From: an uncultured virus (IMG/VR IMGVR_UViG_3300031420_000005)
Taxonomy: Duplodnaviria; Heunggongvirae; Uroviricota; Caudoviricetes
DNA: 64,000 nucleotides
Direction: 5' to 3' (one strand)
IMG/VR virus record: IMGVR_UViG_3300031420_000005
A program made the position numbers and the translations under genes. Shown here piece after piece: positions 28,771-37,999 of the stretch; position 1 is the first letter of the stretch, and every line of letters starts with the position of its first letter. Under the pieces are notes generated by a model. That model worked only from the letters and a program-made list of their open reading frames with translations, searched no databases and had not been told where the DNA came from.

Positions 28771-30186
28771 ATGGGAAAGATCAGCACCAACACCAACCTC
28801 AAGCGCCGGATCCGCGAGTTCCAGGCTCAGCACGGCGTCTCTCACTCCACCGCCCTCAGGGCCGTGGATGAACCCCTCCACATGCTCCGGGATCTCAGCC
28901 GGCTTCCTCAGTCGATGGCTACTCCGGATCTCAATGAGGCTCGCTTCCGGCTCGTCGGCGACCAGAGTCGCTTCGCTCGATTCCATCAGGAATACTCTGA
29001 GTCCGGAGCTCGCTACATCCGAGACATCTTCGCTCGGTATCAGAGCATGAACTCTCCCAAAGGGCTCCTTCGACTCATCTCCCGGCGCTTTGAGCTCATC
29101 GAGCTCGTAGGAGCGACCGACTTCTGGGGGCTTAGAGAGATTATCCGCGGTGGGGTTGTACTCGTTCCCGAACTCAACGGGGAACCATCCTTCTTCAGCC
29201 CGCCCTTTGCAGCTGAGGATAGGAAGAGACTTCTTGAGCCAGTCTTCTACTTCCACGAGGGGCCACTCGATTCCCGAGTAGCTCATTACCTCAGCGAAGG
29301 CGAGGGGGCTCGACTCGGTATCTTCCCCCTCAACATGCAGGGCATCCTCGAGCTCAACGACCCGGGGGAAGCTGCGGCTATCCCCGTCACTTTCGAAGAA
29401 TCCGGTGGTCTTCTCGACGGGTCGCTCAGGCACAGGCCTCGCTTCCTTCAGCGCTTCAGCCAGAAGCCGGGGTGGACGGTCGAGCAGCGAAGCTACTCGG
29501 TGTTGGCTGAGATCAAAAAGAACTGGGGCGAATCTCAGGTCCGCGTGTTCTTCGGAAACCCCGCTGAGACCATCGAGTCGGCTAAGCTTCGGCTTCAGTC
29601 CATGGGTCTAGATCCCCTGGGCTTCGAACTTCGAGACATTCGCAGAGAACAGCTCACGCTCAACTACGCTGCAGACAGGTTGGAGATTTCTGGCTGGCAG
29701 GACGGTCACTCGATCTCCATGCGGACTGAGCGCACCATCGAACTCGACGGAGAGCTTGCTGCACGGGCCTATCAGGACAACCACCGCGAAGTCGAGGCCC
29801 GACAGGCAGCTGGTTTGAGAGCCCTCGAGGAGCTCGCGGGAATCGCCCACGGCTCTTCAGATGCTAAGGTGCTGCAGTCAATCAGGGAGACCGTCAATCT
29901 CAGGAGCTACTTTGACTTCGTGGGGATCACCACCTACGAGGAGAGGGAAGAGAATGAGTTCACCGTGAGTGCTGACTGTCCCTTCGAGGGCGCCTCCCGT
30001 AGGCTCATCATCAGCCCTGACGGCGGGCACTTCAAGTGCTTCGGCTGTGGAGCGGCCGGAGACCTAGTGAGCCTCGTACAGAGACTCAAGAGGCTCAACT
30101 ACCGAGACGCTGTGAACTACCTCGCGGGTTTTGAGATCACCGAGGGAAGACTCACGAGGCGCAGCTCTCGGGCGCCCAGGATCTGA
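28771..30186 (+). CDS. N-terminal basic-tag protein with C-terminal DnaG-type zinc-binding domain
   Basis: NTNLKRRIRE...ALRAVDEPLH; CPFEG...FKCFGCGAAGDLVSLV...NYRDAV. Confidence 0.8.
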   Translation: MGKISTNTNLKRRIREFQAQHGVSHSTALRAVDEPLHMLRDLSRLPQSMATPDLNEARFRLVGDQSRFARFHQEYSESGARYIRDIFARYQSMNSPKGLLRLISRRFELIELVGATDFWGLREIIRGGVVLVPELNGEPSFFSPPFAAEDRKRLLEPVFYFHEGPLDSRVAHYLSEGEGARLGIFPLNMQGILELNDPGEAAAIPVTFEESGGLLDGSLRHRPRFLQRFSQKPGWTVEQRSYSVLAEIKKNWGESQVRVFFGNPAETIESAKLRLQSMGLDPLGFELRDIRREQLTLNYAADRLEISGWQDGHSISMRTERTIELDGELAARAYQDNHREVEARQAAGLRALEELAGIAHGSSDAKVLQSIRETVNLRSYFDFVGITTYEEREENEFTVSADCPFEGASRRLIISPDGGHFKCFGCGAAGDLVSLVQRLKRLNYRDAVNYLAGFEITEGRLTRRSSRAPRI

Positions 30187-30309
30187 GCTCGATCAACCCG
30201 ACGGATCCGGGGTTCTCGGCGCTTAGGCTGGCAGCTACAGCCGCTAGAGTGGCCATTTCTTCGCCACTCTCGGCAGCCTGCGATAGTTCGTCCTCCAACG
30301 AAAAGGAAA

Positions 30310-30603
30310 ATGAGCATGGCTGAAATGCTTGCCCACCTGTCCGTAGTTGAGAACCCCGGATACCACCTCCGGCACATCCCCAAAGGGGAGCTCGGCGAGC
30401 TCTCCAAGGTCTACGAGGAGATCCTCGAGGCCCTGGATGCAGACGCCCAAGGCGCGTCAGTGATGACCCTCGTAGAGCTCTCCGATCTGCTCGGTGCGCT
30501 AAAGGCCTTCCTGGCCAAGCACCATCCCTCCATCGGTCTCTCCGACCTCGAGGCCTTCTCCTCGATCACCAAGAGAGCCTTCGCTTCCGGAAGGAGGGGC
30601 TGA
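30310..30603 (+). CDS. small all-alpha NTP pyrophosphohydrolase (MazG-like)
   Basis: KVYEEILE...VELSDLLGA fits the EExxE...ExxD pattern. Confidence 0.55.
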   Translation: MSMAEMLAHLSVVENPGYHLRHIPKGELGELSKVYEEILEALDADAQGASVMTLVELSDLLGALKAFLAKHHPSIGLSDLEAFSSITKRAFASGRRG

Positions 30604-30605
30604 CC

Positions 30606-31343
30606 ATGGAGACACCACTGAACTCAGAGCTGTCTCCAGGGCTGCAGACGGATCCTCCCGCGGTGGAGGCCTTCAACGGTGGCCGAAGCCGGGAGCGGGA
30701 GCTCACTCCGGGACTCTCGGACGAGCTCCTCGCTCCGCCGGGCCGAGGAGAGGCCGGACCTCGAGACTACAGGCGGAGGCTGAGCTTCGACTTCTCCATC
30801 ATCGCCCATGCCCAGCAGCACTACGCCGAGCGAGGCTACGAGGACATCCCCGTGCCCTGGGTGATCTCCCGGCAGGCCATGGACTCCACGCTCCCTGCTG
30901 ACAAGGTGCCCTACGAGACCTTCGGAGGCTACCTCGTGGGATCGGCCGAGCAGTCTTTCATCGAGCTCCTCCTCTCGGGTGAGATCCTGGGCCGGGTGCA
31001 GGCCACCACGCCCTGCTTCCGGGATGAGACCCACGATGGGCTCCACAGCCCCTACTTCCTGAAGACCGAGCTCTTTGACAGCACCCTTCCCATGACAGAG
31101 GAGAGTGTGCTCGCGGTCGCAGATGATGCGGGCAGATTCTTCGAGCACTATGTGCCCGTGGAGCTCGAGCGCCAGGGGCCGCTGGCCTGGGATCTAGTCC
31201 ACGCTGAGACCGGAGTGGAGGTCGGATCCTACGGAGTTCGAGAGGTTGCGGGTCACTCCTGGATCTACGGCACGGGAGTCGCCCTGCCGAGGCTCCAGCA
31301 GACCATGGACTCCACCCACGGGCGCTGGAGCGCCACGGACTGA
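30606..31343 (+). CDS. stand-alone class II aminoacyl-tRNA synthetase-like catalytic domain
   Basis: Motif 1 GYEDIPVP, GSAEQ, motif 2 TPCFRDE..YFLKTEL, EVGSYG, motif 3 GTGVALPRL; no tRNA-binding domain. Confidence 0.75.
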   Translation: METPLNSELSPGLQTDPPAVEAFNGGRSRERELTPGLSDELLAPPGRGEAGPRDYRRRLSFDFSIIAHAQQHYAERGYEDIPVPWVISRQAMDSTLPADKVPYETFGGYLVGSAEQSFIELLLSGEILGRVQATTPCFRDETHDGLHSPYFLKTELFDSTLPMTEESVLAVADDAGRFFEHYVPVELERQGPLAWDLVHAETGVEVGSYGVREVAGHSWIYGTGVALPRLQQTMDSTHGRWSATD

Positions 31344-31784
31344 TTCTGAAGTTGCAATGCGAGCGTATGGCTTGATAAGAGGTCAAATGCGCTACTTGCG
31401 CTAATTACCTAAGGAGTCAATATGTCACTACTCTACATCCACAGAGGAAACGACGATCTTACCCTGCTGAATAGAGAAGCTATTTTCTCTATGGAAGTTA
31501 CCTCTGATAAGAACAGGCCGAAGAAGCCGAACAATCGCGGTAAAAATGATCCTTATACAGTCTTGCTTAAATGTAATGGAAGTGAGTTTCGTTTTTCGAT
31601 TAGACCAAATAAGAAGGTTGTTGAGAACTCTAAAGGTAAGCTAGGAGGTGTTGAGGTGATGGGAGTAGAAGCAGTGGAGGCTGTTATTCGATCACTGTAC
31701 CTCTGGTTTGAAGTCGATACAGAAGTGAATGTCTATATGAACAACGAAGGCACTGTCTCAAGTGTCTCATACGCCACGGACTGA
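31331..31784. mobile_element. AT-rich single-gene insertion bounded by a 13-bp direct repeat
   Basis: CGCCACGGACTGA at 31331-43 and 31772-84; two sampled 60-nt lines are 33% and 40% GC. Confidence 0.65.
31422..31784 (+). CDS. hypothetical protein with foreign AT-rich codon usage
   Basis: SD AAGGAG, 120 aa. Confidence 0.7.
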   Translation: MSLLYIHRGNDDLTLLNREAIFSMEVTSDKNRPKKPNNRGKNDPYTVLLKCNGSEFRFSIRPNKKVVENSKGKLGGVEVMGVEAVEAVIRSLYLWFEVDTEVNVYMNNEGTVSSVSYATD

Positions 31785-31959
31785 CCAGGAGCAGGCGCCT
31801 GGAGGACTGTTAGCACAGCTGCCTCCATCCCGATGGGTACAGGATCTTCGGGCGCCTAGAGGGCGTAGGCCGAAAGGAAGGCCCAGTGGCGATTGCGTGC
31901 CACTGGGCCTTCCTGCTGTCACTCCGGAGCTCTGCCCGAAGGGTGATCCTACGAAGGAC

Positions 31960-32271
31960 CTAGAAGAGCGTGGGTTCCGGGTTCTCTCCGAGATCGATGC
32001 CGTGCACATCGGCCACGAGGGCCACCGTGTCCCGGACTTCCTTGAAGGCCGCGCGCTGCTCATCGCCCCGGCCGGAGCCCTCCGCTGCGAGCCCCGAGAA
32101 GATCATGAGCCCGTAGGCGAGGATGCTGGTCCGGTGGTCCGAGGCCATGTAGTCCCGGAGGATGTCCTGGGACTCCCGGTAGACCTGGGAGGCTGCGAAG
32201 CGCTCAGCCCGATCTGCCCGGTTGGCCATGCGGTCGAGCTCATCGAGGAGCTCCTGGATGGGAGATGCCAT
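31960..32271 (-). CDS. hypothetical protein
   Basis: SD AAGGA on minus strand, codon bias. Confidence 0.7.
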   Translation of the reverse strand: MASPIQELLDELDRMANRADRAERFAASQVYRESQDILRDYMASDHRTSILAYGLMIFSGLAAEGSGRGDEQRAAFKEVRDTVALVADVHGIDLGENPEPTLF

Positions 32272-32483
32272 GGTCTGTGGTGTCCTTCGGAGGTGGCTTG
32301 AGAGACTTGCTATCGCTCATGGCCATCCTATACCCACTAGTCGACCTTTGCAACGGCTGATCTGAGCGCACTCCTGTTGACATCCTGCTGAGTTCGGCGT
32401 AGGATCTAATGGACCTCTGGCTATCTTCGAAGAGCTAGAGCTCTAGTTCCCCCTTCCGAGAAACTCAAGCCCAGGAGTAGCCA

Positions 32484-33107
32484 GTGAGCTTCAACTTCCC
32501 CACCGTCGGCGAGCTCGTACAGAGCTATGTGGCCAACGGCCAGGGCGCGATTCCGCCTCGAGGCAAGGGTAGAAGAACCAGCACCATCGGCAGGGACTGG
32601 CTCGGAGCAGAGCTCAAGCCCGGCGACACCGTGCTCAGCTCTGCGGGCGCCCAGTCGAACTTCTTCCGGGTCAGCAATATCTTCCTCGACGACTCCGTTG
32701 GGCCGATCCGCGCGGACCTGGGAAACTACTTCTTCATTCCCGAAGGTAGCGACGAGCTCTATGCTTACAAGCCTGGCCACTGGGTAAAGGACGACAAGCA
32801 CTACCTACAGCAAGTCAACCCCGACTGGAGGCCCGGCTACCTCGGCCTCATCGACGGCGAGGGAGCCTTCAGGAGAGACTACCCGCAGCTTCAGCCAGTG
32901 AGCTTCCAGGGCATGGCGATCCAGGTCAAGCCCCTGGACGGAGTCGGAAAGGCTCGATCCCTGAAGCAGGAGCAGATCACGGTCATGGGCGCCCATGTGC
33001 TCGATCCCCAGTCGATCCTCGAGCTCCGGGCTGCTCAGACCATCGAGCTCACAGACAGGGTCCTCGTGCTCAAGCAAGCCTCCAACGGAAAGGCCTACAT
33101 CCTATGA
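32484..33107 (+). CDS. hypothetical protein, family S2
   Basis: FPT...RRTSTIGRDWLG...GD; VNPDWR..YLGLI; PVSFQG; TTGACA promoter at 32377. Confidence 0.75.
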   Translation: MSFNFPTVGELVQSYVANGQGAIPPRGKGRRTSTIGRDWLGAELKPGDTVLSSAGAQSNFFRVSNIFLDDSVGPIRADLGNYFFIPEGSDELYAYKPGHWVKDDKHYLQQVNPDWRPGYLGLIDGEGAFRRDYPQLQPVSFQGMAIQVKPLDGVGKARSLKQEQITVMGAHVLDPQSILELRAAQTIELTDRVLVLKQASNGKAYIL

Positions 33108-33778
33108 ACACTCGTGGCATCTTTGGGCAGCCGACGATCTCCTGGCGAGATCTCCCCAATCCTCTGAACATCCCCACCATCCGGGAACAGCTTCAGCACA
33201 TCGCGCCTCCGCTCTCTGGTAAGCGCCCCGGCGGAGGCGGCAAGAACCGGCTCACCGTTCCCGTGGGTCGAGACGGACTCGGCGTGGGCTTCGAGGTCGG
33301 AGACACCGTGCTCCTCGGTCAGCGCTACCGGCCGATCATCGCTGAGGTCGAGGGGATCTACGCTGAGGACTCTTCGGGCAACCGCTACTACGAGCCCCAG
33401 GATCTTCTCTACAGTGACGCCAAGGGAAACGATCTCTTCACCTACCGCTATGTCTACGGAGCTCCCAACAACCGGATCTTTAGCCGAGTCGATCCCGAGT
33501 GGAGGGGCGTTCGAGTCGGCCTCATCACCGAGGATCTTCAGCGCTACCTTCCGGCGCCTGGCTTCAGGCGCTCCGCCTCCTCCATCGCCCTCAAGGCCAT
33601 CGATGACGGATTCCTCCCCGTCGCCTTCCAGGGGATCAAGGTCAAGATCAAGCTCCTCCAGGACAGCCGCAGTAAGTTCGTGGGCCAGGATCAGCTCACC
33701 GTACTCGGAGATCATCTCACCGACGGGAGCCTCCTCCAGGCCTACCAGGAAGCTCTGCAGCCGCCCCTGGCCCCATAG
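33104..33778 (+). CDS. hypothetical protein, family S2
   Basis: VGRDGLG..FEVGD; VDPEWRG..VGLI; PVAFQG. Confidence 0.75.
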   Translation: MNTRGIFGQPTISWRDLPNPLNIPTIREQLQHIAPPLSGKRPGGGGKNRLTVPVGRDGLGVGFEVGDTVLLGQRYRPIIAEVEGIYAEDSSGNRYYEPQDLLYSDAKGNDLFTYRYVYGAPNNRIFSRVDPEWRGVRVGLITEDLQRYLPAPGFRRSASSIALKAIDDGFLPVAFQGIKVKIKLLQDSRSKFVGQDQLTVLGDHLTDGSLLQAYQEALQPPLAP

Positions 33779-33835
33779 ACCCTAGCTCCAGCAGCATTTT
33801 AGCAGCAACTTCAGCTTCGAGAAAGCGACAGCACC

Positions 33836-34492
33836 ATGAACAGCACAGGATCCGGCATTCAGCAGCCCTGGCAGGAGCTCCCGAAGCTCCTCCAGTTCCC
33901 CTCCCTGAGCGAACTCACGAGTCAGCCCATCTACCAGGCTCCTCAGCGAGGTTCGGGTGGTCAGCGAGCTAGGAGGAGGACATCCTCCATCGGCCGGGAT
34001 CGGCTCGGCCGGGCATTCCGCCAGGGCGATCAGCTCCAGGGCATCGTCGGAGGGAGCCTGGAGTTCGTGGAGGTGGACGAGATCTTCCTCGACGACACCG
34101 AGGGTCAGCCCTATGGCTCAGTTGGCTACTGGCACTGGCTCTTCCTCCTCCACCGGGCGAGCGGTGAGCTCTTCAAGGAGAGCCGCGGCCCCAACAACCA
34201 GTCGGTACTCGTGCCCCTGGACATGGACTGGCGGGGAACCCACCTGGGCCTCATCGAGGCAGTTAGCCTTCCCTCCTATGTAACCGTCCCCAACGGTTTC
34301 ACTCCCGTCAAGTTCCAGGATTTCAAGGTGCGCTGCGTTCCCCTGGAGTCGGGCAACGCTCGGAAGCTCACCCTGGACCCTGACAATCTCTCGGTGCTCG
34401 AAGCTCCCCTCCCCATCAGGGATCTGCAGCTCTACCGGGAGGCTCGCCAGCTGCCCCTGGATCAGGGTCGAGCCTTTCCCACTCCCAAGTGA
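33836..34492 (+). CDS. hypothetical protein, family S2
   Basis: RRTSSIGRDRLG; LDMDWRGTHLGLI; PVKFQ. Confidence 0.75.
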   Translation: MNSTGSGIQQPWQELPKLLQFPSLSELTSQPIYQAPQRGSGGQRARRRTSSIGRDRLGRAFRQGDQLQGIVGGSLEFVEVDEIFLDDTEGQPYGSVGYWHWLFLLHRASGELFKESRGPNNQSVLVPLDMDWRGTHLGLIEAVSLPSYVTVPNGFTPVKFQDFKVRCVPLESGNARKLTLDPDNLSVLEAPLPIRDLQLYREARQLPLDQGRAFPTPK

Positions 34493-34543
34493 GCTCGGTC
34501 GATCGTTAGTACCGTCCGAATTCCGCAAATCCAAGTAGGTTTC

Positions 34544-35632
34544 ATGCCCAGCAGCACCGAGCATCCCCTCCGCATCTGGTTCAACCGGCCCTTCGCCACG
34601 AGCTACTGGCTCTTCGACATGCTCCGGGACAATCCAGACGGCTACCCCGTCAAGATCTATGTGACTCAGACCGATCCCACCTCTCCGGTGTTCCAGGGAG
34701 CCGACTACGGAGAGCTCGAGCCCGACCTTCAGGGCGAGGCCTATGTGGACTGGGCCCTGGACTTCTGTGAGCGCCACGGCATCGAGCTCTTCTTCCCTCG
34801 CAAGTGGATCGAGATCCTCGTGGAGGCAGAGGAGCGCTTCGCAGCCCTCGGCGTGAGGCTCATCGCCTCTTCCCCGGAGGCTATTCGACTCTTCGAAGAC
34901 AAGAACCTGACCTACCGGGCAGCTACTGAGACTGGAGTCGCTGTGCCGCCCTGGTGCGTGGCCTCGGATGGGGAGAGCTTCGAGCGAGAGCTTCAGTCCC
35001 TGCGAGCAGAGCTCGAGGCTCAGGACCGCATCGTGGTGAAGCCCACCGTGGGCGTGGGCGCCCAGGGCTTCCGGATCCTCGACGAGAAGCCTCGCACCAT
35101 CAACGGGATCCTCGAGGGTGGGCTGCGAGTGAGCCCAGAGGAGCTCCTTCGTGGCTACGAGCGAGCGGAGGCCGCCGATGAGGCCCTCCCCGAGCTCATG
35201 CTCCTTCCCTACCTGGATGAACCTGAGCTCAGCGTGGACTGCCTCAGTAGCCCTCAGGGCGAGCTCCTGAAGACCATTCCCCGAGCCAAGCTCTCGGGTC
35301 GTCAGCGGCTCTTCACCGACGAGTACCCGGAGGCGGTGGAGCTCGTGGAGAGGCTCTACGCTGGCAGGGATCTGCGCTACATCACCAACACGCAGCTCCG
35401 CTGGTGGCGCGGTAGGCTCGTCCTCCTCGAGACCAACACTCGACCTGCCGGTGGGCTCTACGCTACTTCTCTCACGGGCGTCAACCTGATCTGGGATGCG
35501 GTCGCTCTAGCGCTCCGCGGAGAGGCCACGCCGAAGCAGCCTCGCCTCGGTGACTCCTATGTGGCGCTTGAGTCCTTCACGGAGCTCAAGGCCACTCCTC
35601 AGCCCGCCCAATACCCTGGAGCCATCCGATGA
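34544..35632 (+). CDS. ATP-grasp ligase (resembles the Ter-associated type)
   Basis: IWFNR N-terminus, EDK, VVKPTVGVGAQGF, ELSVD, LLETNTRPAGG. Confidence 0.8.
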   Translation: MPSSTEHPLRIWFNRPFATSYWLFDMLRDNPDGYPVKIYVTQTDPTSPVFQGADYGELEPDLQGEAYVDWALDFCERHGIELFFPRKWIEILVEAEERFAALGVRLIASSPEAIRLFEDKNLTYRAATETGVAVPPWCVASDGESFERELQSLRAELEAQDRIVVKPTVGVGAQGFRILDEKPRTINGILEGGLRVSPEELLRGYERAEAADEALPELMLLPYLDEPELSVDCLSSPQGELLKTIPRAKLSGRQRLFTDEYPEAVELVERLYAGRDLRYITNTQLRWWRGRLVLLETNTRPAGGLYATSLTGVNLIWDAVALALRGEATPKQPRLGDSYVALESFTELKATPQPAQYPGAIR

Positions 35633-36303
35633 GCAAGCTGTCATCAGCCCACCCTCGGCCCTGGGAGCTCCTCCCCAATCCCTACGGCTTCCCCTCCCTG
35701 GCGGATCAGGTACAGCAGGTTACGCCGATCCGGGGCTCTAGGCTCGCCGGGGCGCCGAAGCTCCCTCGCCGGAGCTCTCCTGTGGGCCGGGACAGCCTCG
35801 GCATCGGCTTCTCGGTCGGCGACCTCGTGCTTACTTCCCTGGGCGGGGTAGGCCGAGTGGCTGAAGTCCTCGAGGTCCCCCTGGATGGCTCCAACGGGAA
35901 GCCCCACCTCTCGGGCACTCCCCTCCTCCTCGACCGACGCTCTCAGCAGCTCTTCCAGTTTCAGCAGAAGGTGACTCGAGTCAACAGCTCTCGCTTCGAC
36001 ACTCAGCTCTACCTCTATCCCGTTGACATGGGCTGGCAGGGCATTCACCTGGGGCTCATGGAGTTCGATCTGAACAGCTACTTCCACAGCGCTAAGCTGC
36101 CTTCCTCCTTCACGGGAGTGCGGCTCCAGAGCTTCAAGGTCAAGGCTCGGATCCTCGAGCCTGGCGGGAAGACCGCAACCTTCCCTCAGTACCAGATCAC
36201 GGCCTATGGCGGCCTGCCTCAGGACGCCGCTCTGCTCCAGGCCTACTACGATGCGCTGGAGCTTCCGGTGCTTCGAGATCAGACCATCGTCATCGATCTC
36301 TAG
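35629..36303 (+). CDS. hypothetical protein, family S2
   Basis: RRSSPVGRDSLG..FSVGD; VDMGWQGIHLGL. Confidence 0.75.
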   Translation: MSKLSSAHPRPWELLPNPYGFPSLADQVQQVTPIRGSRLAGAPKLPRRSSPVGRDSLGIGFSVGDLVLTSLGGVGRVAEVLEVPLDGSNGKPHLSGTPLLLDRRSQQLFQFQQKVTRVNSSRFDTQLYLYPVDMGWQGIHLGLMEFDLNSYFHSAKLPSSFTGVRLQSFKVKARILEPGGKTATFPQYQITAYGGLPQDAALLQAYYDALELPVLRDQTIVIDL

Positions 36304-36390
36304 GCATAGTAGCCCCAGAGCAATCCGATCCACTCCGACCAGTTTCACCACCAGCGACAGATCACAGAATTCCATCTCGAAGGAGACACC

Positions 36391-37158
36391 ATGGCCAAGA
36401 GGAAGTTCACCAGCCGAGAGCTCAATGAGCATCTCGAGAACATCGACATCTACTGGCACAAGCACGGAGGCGAGGAGCGCGAGGAACTCCAGGAGTTCCT
36501 CACCGCGATCTTCGAGGCGCTTCCGGCGGATCGAACCCTGGGGGATGTGGCTCCCACCACGGGCACCATCGAGATCAAGCTCGACGGGCTCACAGCGGCG
36601 CTCAACGGCGCCCTGGAGGGCCTCTACGATGAGGATGAGGTCTCCGGGGAGGTTGACAGCATCGCCGACCGCTGCATCGAGCTCGGCGGAGAGCGCTGGT
36701 TCGAGAACCTGATCACAGATGAGAACTCCTTCAGCAGGGCCTTCGAGGAGCACTTCAGCGAAGACATCCTCAGCGACGAGGCCTACGCTCGAGTCGACGC
36801 CGTCCGAAAGGCCGCACTGGCAGGCGCAGCTCCCGTGGACTTCAACCGACCGCAGTCCGGCGGGGATGCTGCTGAGACCCTGGAGATCAACCTGCAGACG
36901 CTCCTCTCGGGGCTCTTCAGCGTCTACGAGGAGGATGAGGAAGAGGAGAAGATCCGGGCAACCGTGGATGAGTTCCTCGCCGAGCTCCAGGGCCGAGGCG
37001 GCCATGTGAACGGGGTCCGGCTCACCGCCAGCCGGGATCTCTTCCAGTACCTCTTCCCGCGCTACTTCAGCTCCTCCGATGAGTCCATCAACGGTCAGCT
37101 CCAGGTGCTCTCGGAGTCGCTCTTCGGGGACCGCTCCGCCGCCAACAACGGCTGGTAG
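36391..37158 (+). CDS. acidic hypothetical protein
   Basis: SD AAGGAG, 255 aa. Confidence 0.75.
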   Translation: MAKRKFTSRELNEHLENIDIYWHKHGGEEREELQEFLTAIFEALPADRTLGDVAPTTGTIEIKLDGLTAALNGALEGLYDEDEVSGEVDSIADRCIELGGERWFENLITDENSFSRAFEEHFSEDILSDEAYARVDAVRKAALAGAAPVDFNRPQSGGDAAETLEINLQTLLSGLFSVYEEDEEEEKIRATVDEFLAELQGRGGHVNGVRLTASRDLFQYLFPRYFSSSDESINGQLQVLSESLFGDRSAANNGW

Positions 37159-37167
37159 GACGGAGCC

Positions 37168-37710
37168 TTGACGATGACTGATCACAGCCTGCAGGATCAG
37201 GGCTCCGCTCTCCTCGAGGATCTGGCTCTCTACGCGATCCAGTCGAGCCAGGATCGACGGACCTTCGGCCGGGAAGAGCTCGACGGCGTACTTGAATCGG
37301 TGGAGCGCAGCTGGAACTTCACTCGCTCGGGGGAGCTCTCTGAGCTCCAGCGCGTGCTGAGCTACATCCGGGAGCTCCACGACTCGCTTCCCCTGGAGCT
37401 CCGTCCTGAGCCGCCGGACACGCTCACCATAGGCGTCAACGAGCTCGGTCTGTTCTTCAGCGCAGCACTCCGGGGCGTTCGAGACGCCGACGAGGCCCGC
37501 ACCCTGGCGGGAAGGCTCCTGGAGATCAGCCTGGACCACGGCGGCCACCTGCGCACCGACGGGGTGCTCAAGATCGAGCGCCGGAGCCTCCTCGTGGCCT
37601 TCGATCTCCTTCTGAGCCACGACTGTAGCGAGGAAGAGACACTGAGATCGGCGCTGCTTCCTCTCCGGGAGCGCTTCTCGGGAGTTCCTCGCGCAGCCGC
37701 TGGGGACTGA
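37168..37710 (+). CDS. hypothetical protein
   Basis: 180 aa, operonic. Confidence 0.65.
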   Translation: MTMTDHSLQDQGSALLEDLALYAIQSSQDRRTFGREELDGVLESVERSWNFTRSGELSELQRVLSYIRELHDSLPLELRPEPPDTLTIGVNELGLFFSAALRGVRDADEARTLAGRLLEISLDHGGHLRTDGVLKIERRSLLVAFDLLLSHDCSEEETLRSALLPLRERFSGVPRAAAGD

Positions 37711-37854
37711 TGGCGCTGATCCACCGCGGAGCGACAGTAGCTGCCCGCCTGAGCAGCCGGAAGGCAATCCTGCGGTCATCGTGTGGGCAGCTCTTCAGCG
37801 GGGCTCAGGCGGACACTGAGCGAAGTTCGGAGCTGCGCTTTGATAGAGTGGTTC

Positions 37855-37999
37855 CACGCCAGCTTCCCGTGGCTCACCTGAGACTCCCGTCCCCGCGCGA
37901 TTGGAGACCCTCTAGGAAGGTGCTTAGCATCCGGGATCTTTCAGCTAGAGCGTGTCTCACTCTCTTTCGACCGGCGCGGGTAGTCTAAGGAGATTCCTC
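37855..37999 (+). ncRNA. Structured kissing-loop leader RNA, copy D (divergent)
   Basis: After TGaTAGAGT; loop CCCGCGC 37892-98 in a CTCC/GGAG stem complementary to GCGCGGG 37974-80 in a TCTCTTT/AAGGAGA stem that covers the SD. Confidence 0.6.

Noticed and set aside
35644..37779. 711-aa minus-strand ORF and similar long antisense ORFs (12699-13871, 48270-49250, 53993-54964, 25165-26292)
   Set aside because: Shadow frames of GC3-biased plus-strand genes that have SDs, coupling and paralogs.
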